Notes under the pieces: generated by a model
What the model was told of the DNA's origin: nothing
What the model saw: only the letters and a program-made list of their open reading frames with translations
Database searches by the model: none
DNA from: a virus
Taxonomy: Duplodnaviria; Caudoviricetes
DNA length: 29,478 bases
Virus record (IMG/VR): IMGVR_UViG_3300032232_001021
Location: 1 to 29,478 of that record
Direction: 5' to 3' (one strand)
In this document: piece after piece, positions 1 to 9,115 of the stretch
Layout: the number at the start of each line of letters is the position of its first letter
Numbering within the stretch: position 1 is the stretch's first letter
Translations under genes and position numbers: made by a program

Positions 1-18
1 ATAATGAAAGGCAACTAA

Positions 19-1464
19 ATGAGTCTATCAAATAGACTGCGTAAATCAGGAGAAAAACGGACTAACAATCAATTTTTAGAACCGTTTCTACCTGGTCGTG
101 CTTTGTATGCAACTCCAGCTGGAGTAGATGTAAACTCTGATACTGCAATTCGTATGTCAACAGTTTATGCTTGTGTACGACTATTAGGTGACACTATTAG
201 TTCTCTTCCATTATCTGCTTATGTCCGTCGTGGTCGTTCTAGAATAAACTATGCATCTGTTTATGGCGAGATGCCTGCATGGATTAACAAACCAAATCCT
301 GATTCAACTCGTTTAGAGTTCTATGAGCAAGTAATCTCATCGCTAAACCTTCATGGTAATGCATTCATTCTGACCGTACGTGACGATATGGGCGACGTTC
401 AAGAGCTTTACTGCATAAACCCACTGCAAGTTCGTATACGTCGTCCTGATCCAATGGGCGAGATTGAGTATATAGTTACTATTGGTCAAAATGCACAAGA
501 TCCAGTAAATCAGTTCTATGACAACGCACAACCTTTTGATCCTTTATCAACAAAGACAATGGTTCTAACAAAGAATGAAATGCTACACATTCCTATGTTT
601 AGACTACCTGGTCAATTACTTGGACTTGGACCAATTGCAGCTGCTCGCATAACTCTAGGTTCTGCTATGGCCGCAGAAGTTTATGCAGCAAGTTACTTTG
701 GAAATGCAGCAAATCCTGGTGGAGTTATTGAATCTCCAGGTGAAATGACTGAAGAACAAGCTGCTGATATTGCTCGCAACTGGAATATGTCACATACAGG
801 ACCTTATCGTGCTGGAAAGCTTGGTATTTTAACTAGTGGAGCAACATTCAAACCACTTACTCTTAATGCTGCAGACGCACAACTTCTAGAAGTACGTCGA
901 TTTGGCGTAGAAGAAATTGCTAGACTATTCCGTGTGCCTGTATCTTTACTTGGACACCCTGTCGCAGGCGCAATGTCATTTGCATCTGTTGAAGCTCAGA
1001 ACTTGTCATTTGTGCAGCATTCTTTAAGACCTTTACTTGAAAGACTAGAACAAGCATTATCTCCTTTGCTTCCTGAATCAGATGGATTTATTAAGTTTAA
1101 CCTAGATGCGTTACTACGTGGAACAACACTAGAACGCTATGATGCCTATACAAAAGGTTTACGCGAAGGCTTCCTAAGCCTAAATGATGTCCGTTATGTA
1201 GAAGATCTTGCACCTCTTGGAGAGTCTGGAGATCAATACAGAGTTCCACTGCAAAATATTGATGCAGCAGACGCAAAAGATGTTGGCTTAAACCTACGTG
1301 CCGACATTGCAGCCAAGTTAATTCAAGTAGGTTTTGATCCACAATCAGTAATTGAAGCTGTTGGTTTACCTGATATGAATCACACAGGTTTGCCTTCAAA
1401 TCAATTGCAACCAATTTCAACAATCGATCCAACGGATCCCAAAGCGGCATACGAGGTGGAGTAG
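19..1464 (+). CDS. HK97-family phage portal protein
   Basis: 481 aa; motifs STVYACVRLLGDTISSLP, LNLHGNAF, YFGNAANPGG, EEIARLFRVP, FNLDALLRG typical of HK97 portals; RBS GAAAGG upstream. Confidence 0.95.
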   Translation: MSLSNRLRKSGEKRTNNQFLEPFLPGRALYATPAGVDVNSDTAIRMSTVYACVRLLGDTISSLPLSAYVRRGRSRINYASVYGEMPAWINKPNPDSTRLEFYEQVISSLNLHGNAFILTVRDDMGDVQELYCINPLQVRIRRPDPMGEIEYIVTIGQNAQDPVNQFYDNAQPFDPLSTKTMVLTKNEMLHIPMFRLPGQLLGLGPIAAARITLGSAMAAEVYAASYFGNAANPGGVIESPGEMTEEQAADIARNWNMSHTGPYRAGKLGILTSGATFKPLTLNAADAQLLEVRRFGVEEIARLFRVPVSLLGHPVAGAMSFASVEAQNLSFVQHSLRPLLERLEQALSPLLPESDGFIKFNLDALLRGTTLERYDAYTKGLREGFLSLNDVRYVEDLAPLGESGDQYRVPLQNIDAADAKDVGLNLRADIAAKLIQVGFDPQSVIEAVGLPDMNHTGLPSNQLQPISTIDPTDPKAAYEVE

Positions 1465-1496
1465 TGTTGAATGAAGAGAAAGACTCAAGGAGCAAA

Positions 1497-2276
1497 ATGA
1501 AAAAAATCGAACGGCGCACATATACTGTGCAAGATGTTGAAACTCGGGCAGATGACGATGGAAAGCTACGCTTGTCAGGATATGCAGCAAAGTTTGATAG
1601 TCCTAGCGTACCACTTCCGTTTATAGAGACTATTGCTCAAGGTGCTTTTAGAAAAACACTAACAGAAATCCCAGATGTTAGATTGTTAGTTAACCATGAT
1701 GGACTTCCATTAGCCCGTACTAAAAATGGTACGATGACGCTAACCGAAGATGATATCGGATTAAGATTTGATGCTGAACTAGCAGATACACAAGAAGCAA
1801 AAGACTTGCATGCTTTAATTGCCAGAGGCGATGTTGATCAAATGAGTTTTGCATTCCGTGTTATTAGACAAAAATGGAATGAAGACCGCACAATGCGTAC
1901 CTTGACAGAGGTATCATTAGCAGATGGTGATGTTTCAGTAGTTACCTATCCAGCTTACCCAGCCACTTCAGTAGAAGCCCGTGAGCATCTAAAAAATGCT
2001 ATCACAGCTGTTAAAGAAGGAAGAGAAGTATCTGGAGATTCTTTAATAGTCCTAAAAACTATTTTTGAAGATCTAAGTGAAGGCCATGACTATGTAATGA
2101 AGTCAGTAGAACTAATGGCTCAACTACTAGGAAATCAAGAAGTAGATATGGAAGATGTTGTTGAAGATGCAACTTATATGGACGATGAAGAAGAAAAAAG
2201 TCCAGTAGAAGAAGTTTCTGTGCCAAGATCTATATCTCTTCGTCTAGCAAAAGCAATTATAAACAATACAAAATAA
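1497..2276 (+). CDS. HK97-family prohead maturation protease
   Basis: GYAAKFDS, LLVNHD, QMSFAF, DVSVVTYPAYPAT motifs; ATG 1497 has an AGGAG RBS (track start GTG 1464 is the alternative). Confidence 0.93.
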   Translation: MKKIERRTYTVQDVETRADDDGKLRLSGYAAKFDSPSVPLPFIETIAQGAFRKTLTEIPDVRLLVNHDGLPLARTKNGTMTLTEDDIGLRFDAELADTQEAKDLHALIARGDVDQMSFAFRVIRQKWNEDRTMRTLTEVSLADGDVSVVTYPAYPATSVEAREHLKNAITAVKEGREVSGDSLIVLKTIFEDLSEGHDYVMKSVELMAQLLGNQEVDMEDVVEDATYMDDEEEKSPVEEVSVPRSISLRLAKAIINNTK

Positions 2277-2279
2277 TAT

Positions 2280-2390
2280 TCTGTTAGCAGATAGTTAACA
2301 GATACCGAAGTCGGAGCGAGACTCACACCCCAAAAGCGCCGTGATGCTTATCGCCACCACCTCGACCAAACTCATAAGGAGCAGAATACA
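2280..2390 (+). promoter_or_regulatory. Structured leader of the major capsid gene
   Basis: Hairpin TCTGTTAGC-AGATA-GTTAACAGA (2280-2302), GC-richer stretch, RBS AAGGAG; 13-mer AGCGCCGTGATGC (2335-2347) repeated at 2416-2428. Confidence 0.4.
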
Positions 2391-3734
2391 ATGTCATACC
2401 TTGACAAAGTAATCGAGCGCCGTGATGCAGTAAAGGTAGAAATGGATACAGTTCTTGAAGCAGTTGCTGCTGAAGAACGTACCGACCTAACTGCAGAGGA
2501 GACCGAGAAGGTTGACGCTCTTGTAGAAGAGTCACGTTCACTCGATGCAAAAATCGAAAAGCTAAAGACACAGGCTGATGCAGACTTAAAAGCTGCAGAA
2601 ATCCGTTCAGCAGTTGCACCAGTTGCAACTCCAGCAGGTGGCGCACGCGTCATCTCTGAAGCACGTACATATACACCAGAAGCAGAAGCTTCATTCGTAA
2701 AGGATGCGTACAACGCACAATTTAAGAATGACTTTGCTGCATCTGAGCGTCTTGCTCGTCACATGCGTGAAGAGAAAGTCGAAAACCGCGCGGTTGCCAC
2801 TGGCAACTTTGATGGTCTTGTGGTACCACAGTACCTAACAGATCTAGCTGCACCATTCGCACGTGCTGGCCGTCCATTCTTGGACGCTGCAACAAACAAG
2901 CACACACTACCTGCAAGCGGAATGACACTGAACATCAGCCGCATGACAACAGGTACAACAACTGCAATCCAAGCAACAGAAAACGCAGCAGTATCAAACA
3001 CTGATGCCGATGACACACTATTGACTATCAATGTGCGTACAGTTGCAGGACAACAGGACATCTCACGCCAAGCAATCGAGCGCGGTACAGGAATCGATCA
3101 GTTCATTCTTGCAGACCTAATTCGTTCATGGCACACAACACTAGACAATCAGTGCATTAACGGTGCTGGTACATCAGGAACAGTTCTTGGTCTTGATGCT
3201 TCTGGTGGAAATGCAATCACTTACACATCTACTGCTCCAACAGTTCAGCTTCTTTACCCAAAGCTTGCTGACGCTGTACAGCAGATTCAAACAAATGCAT
3301 TCCAGAATCCAACACACTGGGTTATGCACCCACGCCGTTTAGCTTATCTATTAGCTGCGGTCGATTCAAACAACCGTCCTTTGGTTGTACCAAACGCAAG
3401 CGGTCCAATGAACACAATGGCAGCAGGAGCTGGAGCAGTATCATACGGTAACTCAGGTTACTCATTGATGGGTCTTCCAATTGTTACTGATGCAAACGTC
3501 GGAACAACTTTCGGCGCAGCAACAAATCAAGACAAGATCTACTGCGTTGCAGCACCTGAAATGCACCTTTGGGAGCAAACAGGATCACCATTTGCATTGA
3601 ACTTTGATGCAACTAGTGCTGGTAGTTTGACAATTAAGTCTGTTGTTTATGGCTACGCAGCCTTCTCAGCAGGTCGTTACCCTCTAGCTGCCTCGATTAT
3701 TTCAGGCACTGGTTTGGTCGCGCCAACATTCTAA
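2391..3734 (+). CDS. Major capsid protein (HK97 fold, N-terminal coiled-coil delta/scaffold domain)
   Basis: 447 aa after the protease; coiled-coil N-terminus, GLVVPQY, WVMHPRRLAYL, LMGLPIVTD; strongly biased codon usage. Confidence 0.93.
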   Translation: MSYLDKVIERRDAVKVEMDTVLEAVAAEERTDLTAEETEKVDALVEESRSLDAKIEKLKTQADADLKAAEIRSAVAPVATPAGGARVISEARTYTPEAEASFVKDAYNAQFKNDFAASERLARHMREEKVENRAVATGNFDGLVVPQYLTDLAAPFARAGRPFLDAATNKHTLPASGMTLNISRMTTGTTTAIQATENAAVSNTDADDTLLTINVRTVAGQQDISRQAIERGTGIDQFILADLIRSWHTTLDNQCINGAGTSGTVLGLDASGGNAITYTSTAPTVQLLYPKLADAVQQIQTNAFQNPTHWVMHPRRLAYLLAAVDSNNRPLVVPNASGPMNTMAAGAGAVSYGNSGYSLMGLPIVTDANVGTTFGAATNQDKIYCVAAPEMHLWEQTGSPFALNFDATSAGSLTIKSVVYGYAAFSAGRYPLAASIISGTGLVAPTF

Positions 3735-3752
3735 GCAAAGCTTAGAACAATA

Positions 3753-3810
3753 GTGTAGAGCCGGTAAGACTCCCCCGACTTATCGGCTCTACACCTTTAA
3801 TGGGGGAAGT
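3753..3810 (+). promoter_or_regulatory. 16-bp hairpin after the capsid gene; loop complementary to the downstream RBS (terminator/attenuator or pseudoknot)
   Basis: GTGTAGAGCCGGTAAG (3753-3768) / CTTATCGGCTCTACAC (3779-3794); loop ACTCCCCCGA; RBS GGGGGAAGT 3802-3810. Confidence 0.65.
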
Positions 3811-4506
3811 ATGAAATCGTCGCATAAAGTTTCAATTGGAGCATGTGATCCAGGCACAGTTAATGCTGCTTGGGCATATACAATGATTCAACTGACACAA
3901 TCTCGTAGTTCGAGATTAGGTCCGTTTATAAGAATCGAAGGCTCTGGTTTACTGAGTAAGTTACGCAATCGCGTAGTTGCAACATTTTTAGATAATACAA
4001 AATCTGATTGGTTGCTGATGATAGATACAGATGAGCAATTAAGTGTACAAGCATTTGACAAGTTAATTGAAACTGCTCATGATAAAGATAGACCAGTTGT
4101 AGCAGGACTTTATTTTGCAGCTTGGGATGCAAATGAAAACCTATATCCTGTTCCTGTTCCATTGATCTTTAATGATACTACTAAAGGTTTTGCGCCTATA
4201 AATGATTACAAACGCAATGCAGTCTTTGAGATCGATGCTGCTGGTACTGGTTGCATACTAGTCCACCGTAGTGTACTTGAGAAAATGCGTGAGACAGCAG
4301 ATCCAAACCAAGGCACAAACTGGTGTTGGTTTTGGGACGGACCTATAAATGGTGAGTGGGTAAGTGAAGACTTGCTATTTTGCCGTAAAATCAAGCATTT
4401 AGGTTTTTCTATTTATGCCAATACAGGTGCCATATTGCCACATCAGAAAAGGTACTGGTTACATGAAGGCCATCATACTGAACGGCAAAGTAATGAAAAT
4501 ATTTAA
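3811..4506 (+). CDS. GT-A fold (GT2-like) glycosyltransferase
   Basis: LRNRVVATFL, WLLMIDTD (DxD), VVAGLY, AAGTGCILVHRSV, SEDLLFC motifs. Confidence 0.85.
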   Translation: MKSSHKVSIGACDPGTVNAAWAYTMIQLTQSRSSRLGPFIRIEGSGLLSKLRNRVVATFLDNTKSDWLLMIDTDEQLSVQAFDKLIETAHDKDRPVVAGLYFAAWDANENLYPVPVPLIFNDTTKGFAPINDYKRNAVFEIDAAGTGCILVHRSVLEKMRETADPNQGTNWCWFWDGPINGEWVSEDLLFCRKIKHLGFSIYANTGAILPHQKRYWLHEGHHTERQSNENI

Positions 4507-4651
4507 GAAAAAACAAACAGCAACAGCCTTGCCCGATTTAGAACGAGCAATGCAGCCTAAATTAGAGAAAAGGATAAAGCATGGCACTAACAAACGCCTA
4601 TTGCACCCTGTCGGATGTCAAGAATGCTCTTGCGATCGAGGACATCAATGA
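4493..4651 (+). CDS. Small basic hypothetical protein
   Basis: ATG 4493 (MKIFKKKQTATALPDLERAMQPK...) bridges the gap but overlaps the next gene by about 70 nt. Confidence 0.35.
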   Translation: MKIFKKKQTATALPDLERAMQPKLEKRIKHGTNKRLLHPVGCQECSCDRGHQ

Positions 4652-5189
4652 CGATCTAGCTATAGAAGCTGCAATTGTTGCTGCATGCAGAATGATTGAT
4701 GACTACACTGGTAGATTTTTTTATAAAGACGGCACAACTGCCGCGCCTGTAATTCGTTATTACACACCAAATGATTGGTGGATCTGTAACCTAGATGACT
4801 TTGTTTCACTGACTCAAATTGCAACTGATGAAAACTTTGACCAAAGTTACACAACCATTTGGGCTGCAACAGATTATATGGTAGAACCAATTAACAACCC
4901 ACGTAGAGGTTGGCCTTACACACGAATTTTAGCCGTTGATCGATACCTTTTCCCTCGTTTATATCCTCAAACTGTAAAAGTAACAGGAGTATGGGGATGG
5001 TCTGCGGTACCTGCAGAGATCAATTTAGCCGCACGTTTACAAGCATCTAGACTGTTTATCCGCAAGCAATCACCATTTGGAGTCGCCGGTTCTGTTGATA
5101 TGGGAACCGTAAGATTGACATCTAGATTAGATCCTGATGTCGAAGCATTGATCCGTCCACTTAAGAAGTTAAACGGAGTTGCATACTAA
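4581..5189 (+). CDS. Head-tail adaptor/connector protein
   Basis: YCTLSDVKNAL, ACRMIDDYTGRFF, WGWSAVPAEI, LDPDVEALIRP; position after the capsid gene. Confidence 0.85.
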   Translation: MALTNAYCTLSDVKNALAIEDINDDLAIEAAIVAACRMIDDYTGRFFYKDGTTAAPVIRYYTPNDWWICNLDDFVSLTQIATDENFDQSYTTIWAATDYMVEPINNPRRGWPYTRILAVDRYLFPRLYPQTVKVTGVWGWSAVPAEINLAARLQASRLFIRKQSPFGVAGSVDMGTVRLTSRLDPDVEALIRPLKKLNGVAY

Positions 5190-5596
5190 TGCTACCAAGT
5201 CAAGTCCGAGAAGGATTAAAAACAAATCTTCAAGAAATAGAAGGTCTTAGAGTTTATGATCTAGTACCTGATGTGATAGTTCCACCATGTGCAATAATTG
5301 GTCAGTTAGATCTTACTTTTGATCTTAACAATGCTCGCGGTTTAGATTCTGCAAACATAGATGTTATGGTAATTGTCCAAAGATTCTCAGAACGAACAGG
5401 TCAAGATAAACTTGACAAATACCTTTCTGGTTCAGGTGATTATTCAATTAAAGCAGCAATTGAATCAGATCGTACTTTAGGTGGAGCAGTCGATACACTT
5501 AGAGTTACTGCGGCTCAATCAGGAGTATATCAAACTGCTGACGTTGAATATTTATCATATCGATACCAAGTAACAATATATGGAGATGGAGCATAA
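5189..5596 (+). CDS. Tail terminator/completion protein (putative)
   Basis: 135 aa, TAATG coupling, SIKAAIESDRTLGGAV motif, precedes tail-tube genes. Confidence 0.65.
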   Translation: MLPSQVREGLKTNLQEIEGLRVYDLVPDVIVPPCAIIGQLDLTFDLNNARGLDSANIDVMVIVQRFSERTGQDKLDKYLSGSGDYSIKAAIESDRTLGGAVDTLRVTAAQSGVYQTADVEYLSYRYQVTIYGDGA

Positions 5597-5772
5597 TGTC
5601 ATATACAATTAAATCCGATAATTTTGTATTCGGAGATAAGAAAAAAGGTGAACAAATCACCGAAAAAGAATTACTCGATGCTGGTTGTAATCCTGAAGCA
5701 CTAGTCAAGGGTGACCACTTATCAAGTAATACACCAACCAAACCAGCAATAGAAAAAGGAGCGGACGAATAA
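5596..5772 (+). CDS. Small hypothetical virion-module protein (58 aa; not in ORF track)
   Basis: MSYTIKSDNFVFGDKKKGEQITEKELLDAGCNPEALVKGDHLSS...; TAATG overlaps at both ends, GGAG RBS. Confidence 0.75.
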   Translation: MSYTIKSDNFVFGDKKKGEQITEKELLDAGCNPEALVKGDHLSSNTPTKPAIEKGADE

Positions 5773-6179
5773 TGGCCGTTTTAGTTCTTACAAACGCGTA
5801 TATTACTATCAATGCAGTTAATCTTTCTGATCATATTGCAAGTGTCACTTTAACAACAAATGATGATGTTGTAGAAACAACAGCATTCGGTTCAACAGCA
5901 CGTACACGTATTAGTGGACTTGGCGATAATTCAGTGGCAATTGAATTTCATCAAGATTATGCAACTAGTAGTGTTGAAGCAACAATTTACCCATTACTTG
6001 GAAATACAACATCAGTTGTAGTTAAGCCAAATGGTGCAACAACAGCAGCTACAAATCCATCTTACACATTTACAGCCTTAGTCTCAGAATGGACTCCTTT
6101 AAGTGGAGCTGTTGGAGAATTAGCAACTGCATCTGTAACCTGGCCAATTAGCGGCGAAGTAACAAAGGCGGTTGTGTAA
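5772..6179 (+). CDS. Major tail (tube) protein, copy 1
   Basis: 135 aa, T/S/V-rich beta protein, VVETTAFG, GAVGELATASVTWPISG; upstream of the chaperone and tape measure. Confidence 0.8.
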   Translation: MAVLVLTNAYITINAVNLSDHIASVTLTTNDDVVETTAFGSTARTRISGLGDNSVAIEFHQDYATSSVEATIYPLLGNTTSVVVKPNGATTAATNPSYTFTALVSEWTPLSGAVGELATASVTWPISGEVTKAVV

Positions 6180-6568
6180 TGGCACGTATAGTTTTAACTA
6201 ACGTTGCTGTTACTTTCGGAACAACAGATATTTCATCTTATGTTACTTCTGTGACATTAGGATCTACTTATGATGTTGTAGAAACTACAGCTTTTGGCAA
6301 TACCGCACGCACACGTGTGGCTGGACTTGCTGATAACAGTGTTGCTCTTGAGTTTAATCAAGATTACGCTGCAGGAGCTTTAGAAGCAGTTATTTATCCA
6401 ACTCTTGGTACAGCAGTTTCAATTACTGTTCGTCCAGTAGCTGGCACGACACCGGCATATAGTTTTAGTGCACTAGTTTCAGAATGGACGCCACTAAATG
6501 GTGCCGTTGGTGAACTTGCAACTGCATCAGTAACTTGGCCAATTAGTGGTACAATCACTAAATCCTAA
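6179..6568 (+). CDS. Major tail (tube) protein, copy 2 (tandem paralog)
   Basis: Collinear with copy 1: shared DVVETTAFG, QDYA, IYP, ALVSEWTPL, GAVGELATASVTWPISG. Confidence 0.8.
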   Translation: MARIVLTNVAVTFGTTDISSYVTSVTLGSTYDVVETTAFGNTARTRVAGLADNSVALEFNQDYAAGALEAVIYPTLGTAVSITVRPVAGTTPAYSFSALVSEWTPLNGAVGELATASVTWPISGTITKS

Positions 6569-6586
6569 TCTAACAAGGGGGAAATC

Positions 6587-6865
6587 ATGGACGGTCTTGG
6601 AATCAAAGTAAAAACAGTTGATGGCAATGAAGTTAGTTATAAATTAACTCCTCGTGTCATTGTTGCATTTGAGCAGCAATATGGCAAAGGAATGCCTAAA
6701 CTCCTTGGTGAAGAACAAAAAATCGAACACGTTTATTGGTTAGCATGGAAGTGCATGCAATCTAATGGCGTGATTGTAAAACCATTTGGTCCAGAATTCT
6801 TAGACACAATTGCGTCTGCCGAATTGGATTCAGATGATTCTTTCGGATCCACCGAGACAGCTTAA
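6587..6865 (+). CDS. Tail assembly chaperone (gpG-like)
   Basis: 92 aa after tail-tube genes; RBS AAGGGGG; followed by an open -1 frame. Confidence 0.75.
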   Translation: MDGLGIKVKTVDGNEVSYKLTPRVIVAFEQQYGKGMPKLLGEEQKIEHVYWLAWKCMQSNGVIVKPFGPEFLDTIASAELDSDDSFGSTETA

Positions 6866-6987
6866 CGTATAACGTAGCAGCTATCTCGGTGGAAACTGGT
6901 ATTTCACCCATAGATCTAATAGATGCACCTGAAGGAATACTTGAGGCTATTACTATTTATCTTAAAGAACGAGCAAAGGGTAAATAA
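6838..6987 (+). CDS. -1 frame extension of the tail assembly chaperone (gpGT-like)
   Basis: Open frame ...RIHRDSLTYNVAAISVETGISPIDLIDAPEGILEAITIYLKERAKGK* with no ATG, ending directly before the next start; hairpin 6848-6893. Confidence 0.65.
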   Translation, partial: FFRIHRDSLTYNVAAISVETGISPIDLIDAPEGILEAITIYLKERAKGK

Positions 6988-7545
6988 GTGGAAGAAGACA
7001 CACGGATTATTTTGACAGGCATTGAGCCAACTATCAAAGCCCTTAAAGAGTTTGATAAAAAGGCTGTTGCTAAGTTTAACAAAATAGTTAACACTGAGTT
7101 AAATAGTGCCGAAGGCGCTGCTCATCGTTTAGTCGATAGTATTCAAAGTAGAACAACAAACACTCCAATGCGCAATTGGAGACCAACAGCAGCAGTAAGT
7201 GGAAGAACATGGGGCGGTGCTGGTTGGCCTGCTTGGGATACAAATACAATTAAAGCAGGAATTACTGTGTCCAAAGCACAAAGGCGCGCTCGTAAAGATT
7301 ACACAACTAGTGCTGGTGCTTTGTTAAATACATCTGATGCTGGTAAAGTATTTGAGCTTTCAGGACGTAACAAAAAAAGTGGATCATTTATTGAAAGACT
7401 TAATTGGTTTGGTAAAGCCTCTCGTCTTGTCTGGAAAGTTGTAGATAAAGAAAGACCACGTATTGAAAAAGTAGTGGCAAAAGCTTTAGAAGACGCAAAA
7501 CGTGAATTACAAAATCATCTAGATTCAGCGGGAAAGGTAGACTAA
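6988..7545 (+). CDS. Hypothetical tail-module protein, possibly HK97 gp10-like
   Basis: 185 aa basic helical protein, IILTGIEPTIKALKEFD N-terminus; lies between chaperone and tape measure. Confidence 0.55.
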   Translation: MEEDTRIILTGIEPTIKALKEFDKKAVAKFNKIVNTELNSAEGAAHRLVDSIQSRTTNTPMRNWRPTAAVSGRTWGGAGWPAWDTNTIKAGITVSKAQRRARKDYTTSAGALLNTSDAGKVFELSGRNKKSGSFIERLNWFGKASRLVWKVVDKERPRIEKVVAKALEDAKRELQNHLDSAGKVD

Positions 7546-7546
7546 A

Positions 7547-9115
7547 ATGGCAGTTGGTGCAGTAGTCGCCCGCATTCTTACTCAATACTCTGACAAAGGT
7601 ACAAAAGCTGCAGTCAAAGATATTAGTAAGATGGAAAAGAAGTTCGGTGATTTTGCTAATAGAACTGCAAAGAAGTTTGGCCTAGCTGCAATTGCAGCAG
7701 GAGCTTTTGCTGCAAAGATTGGCTATGATGCTGTTAAAGCAGCCATGGAAGATCAGAAGTCACAAGTACTTCTTGCTAATTCACTTAGAAATACTGTAGG
7801 AGCAACTGATTCACTAATTGCATCAACTGAAAAATATATTAGCGCAATGCAAGCAGAGTTTGGCTTTGCTGATGATGAACTTCGCCCTGCGCTTGCTGGA
7901 CTAGCTGCTGTAACCGGTGACGTGGATAAAGCTCAGAATCTAGTTGGCATTTCAATGGATATTGCAAGAGCAAAAACCATTGACTTAGGTACTGCTTCTA
8001 AACTTGTTGCTAAAGCTTACGGTGGCAATATTGGCGCTCTTAAAAAGTTATTCCCACAGATTTCTGCTGCAACTGTCAAATCAAAAGACTTTGCAGCCGC
8101 TATGCGTGAGATCTCTGGCGAAACAAAAGGTGCTGCAGCTGCCGCAGCCAATACATTTGCTGGACAAATGGAAAGAATTAAACTTGCATTTGGTGAGGCA
8201 TCAGAGTCGCTTGGCTATAAGTTAATCCCACAAATTAAGTCATTTGCTGATCTTATTATTAACAAAGCCATACCTGCAATACAAAAGTTTGTAGATGAAA
8301 ATGGCGATAAGATTGCAGCAGGATTTAAGACTTCTATACAATATGGTATTGCATTTGCAAAGTTAATGTACGATATGTTTAGTTTTGTAGCTAGAAACAT
8401 TAAAGTATTTGCAACATTAGGTGCAGTTATTATTGCTGCATTTATGGGAGCTAAAGTTGCTGGAGCAGTTACAGCTTTAATTACTGGAATTCAAGCAATT
8501 ATTAAAGTCATGAAAGCACTTCGTACCGTTTCACTTGCTTCCGCTGCAGCAACTGCATTAGCAACAGGTGGTCTTTCAGCTGCAGCTGGAGCTGCTGCAT
8601 TTGGCGTAGCACTTGTAGGTATGGGTCTTGCAGCAAATAAGTTTAATAAAGATTCAGATAAAGCAGCTGATTCATTAGGTAAGTTTGAGTTTAATGCCAA
8701 AGGCTTTACTTCAAAAGCTGATGATTACACAAAAGGCATTGACGGCATGACTACTGCAACTAAAAATCTAACAGATGCGCAAAAAGATGAGATAGCAGTT
8801 ACAAAAGGACTTGCTGCACTTAAAAAGTTTGGTTTGTCAAGCAAAGACTTAAAGTCTCAAGACCCAGTTACTCTTGAAGCTATTCGTAGAAATCAAATGA
8901 AACAAGCAAAATTAGGTCTTTCAAGTCCAACAATCTCATTGTTAGCATCTGCTGGACATGGAAACATTGCAAAAAATACAACAATGAATGGTGGAAACAT
9001 CACAGTGAATGTTGCTGGATCTGTTGTTTCACAAGGTGATCTTGTTAATGGTATTAAGAATGGTCTAGCAACTCTTATGCGTAGACGTGCTGGCAGTCAG
9101 TTTGCGGTGATCTAA
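7547..9115 (+). CDS. Tape measure protein (short)
   Basis: 522 aa Ala/Lys-rich helical protein with hydrophobic central segments; C-terminal NITVNVAGSV. Confidence 0.88.
   Translation: MAVGAVVARILTQYSDKGTKAAVKDISKMEKKFGDFANRTAKKFGLAAIAAGAFAAKIGYDAVKAAMEDQKSQVLLANSLRNTVGATDSLIASTEKYISAMQAEFGFADDELRPALAGLAAVTGDVDKAQNLVGISMDIARAKTIDLGTASKLVAKAYGGNIGALKKLFPQISAATVKSKDFAAAMREISGETKGAAAAAANTFAGQMERIKLAFGEASESLGYKLIPQIKSFADLIINKAIPAIQKFVDENGDKIAAGFKTSIQYGIAFAKLMYDMFSFVARNIKVFATLGAVIIAAFMGAKVAGAVTALITGIQAIIKVMKALRTVSLASAAATALATGGLSAAAGAAAFGVALVGMGLAANKFNKDSDKAADSLGKFEFNAKGFTSKADDYTKGIDGMTTATKNLTDAQKDEIAVTKGLAALKKFGLSSKDLKSQDPVTLEAIRRNQMKQAKLGLSSPTISLLASAGHGNIAKNTTMNGGNITVNVAGSVVSQGDLVNGIKNGLATLMRRRAGSQFAVI

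Noticed and set aside
5772-6568. Duplicated tail genes as a DGR template/variable pair or an assembly artefact
   Set aside because: Differences are not adenine-specific, no reverse transcriptase is present, and the copies are too diverged for a mis-assembly
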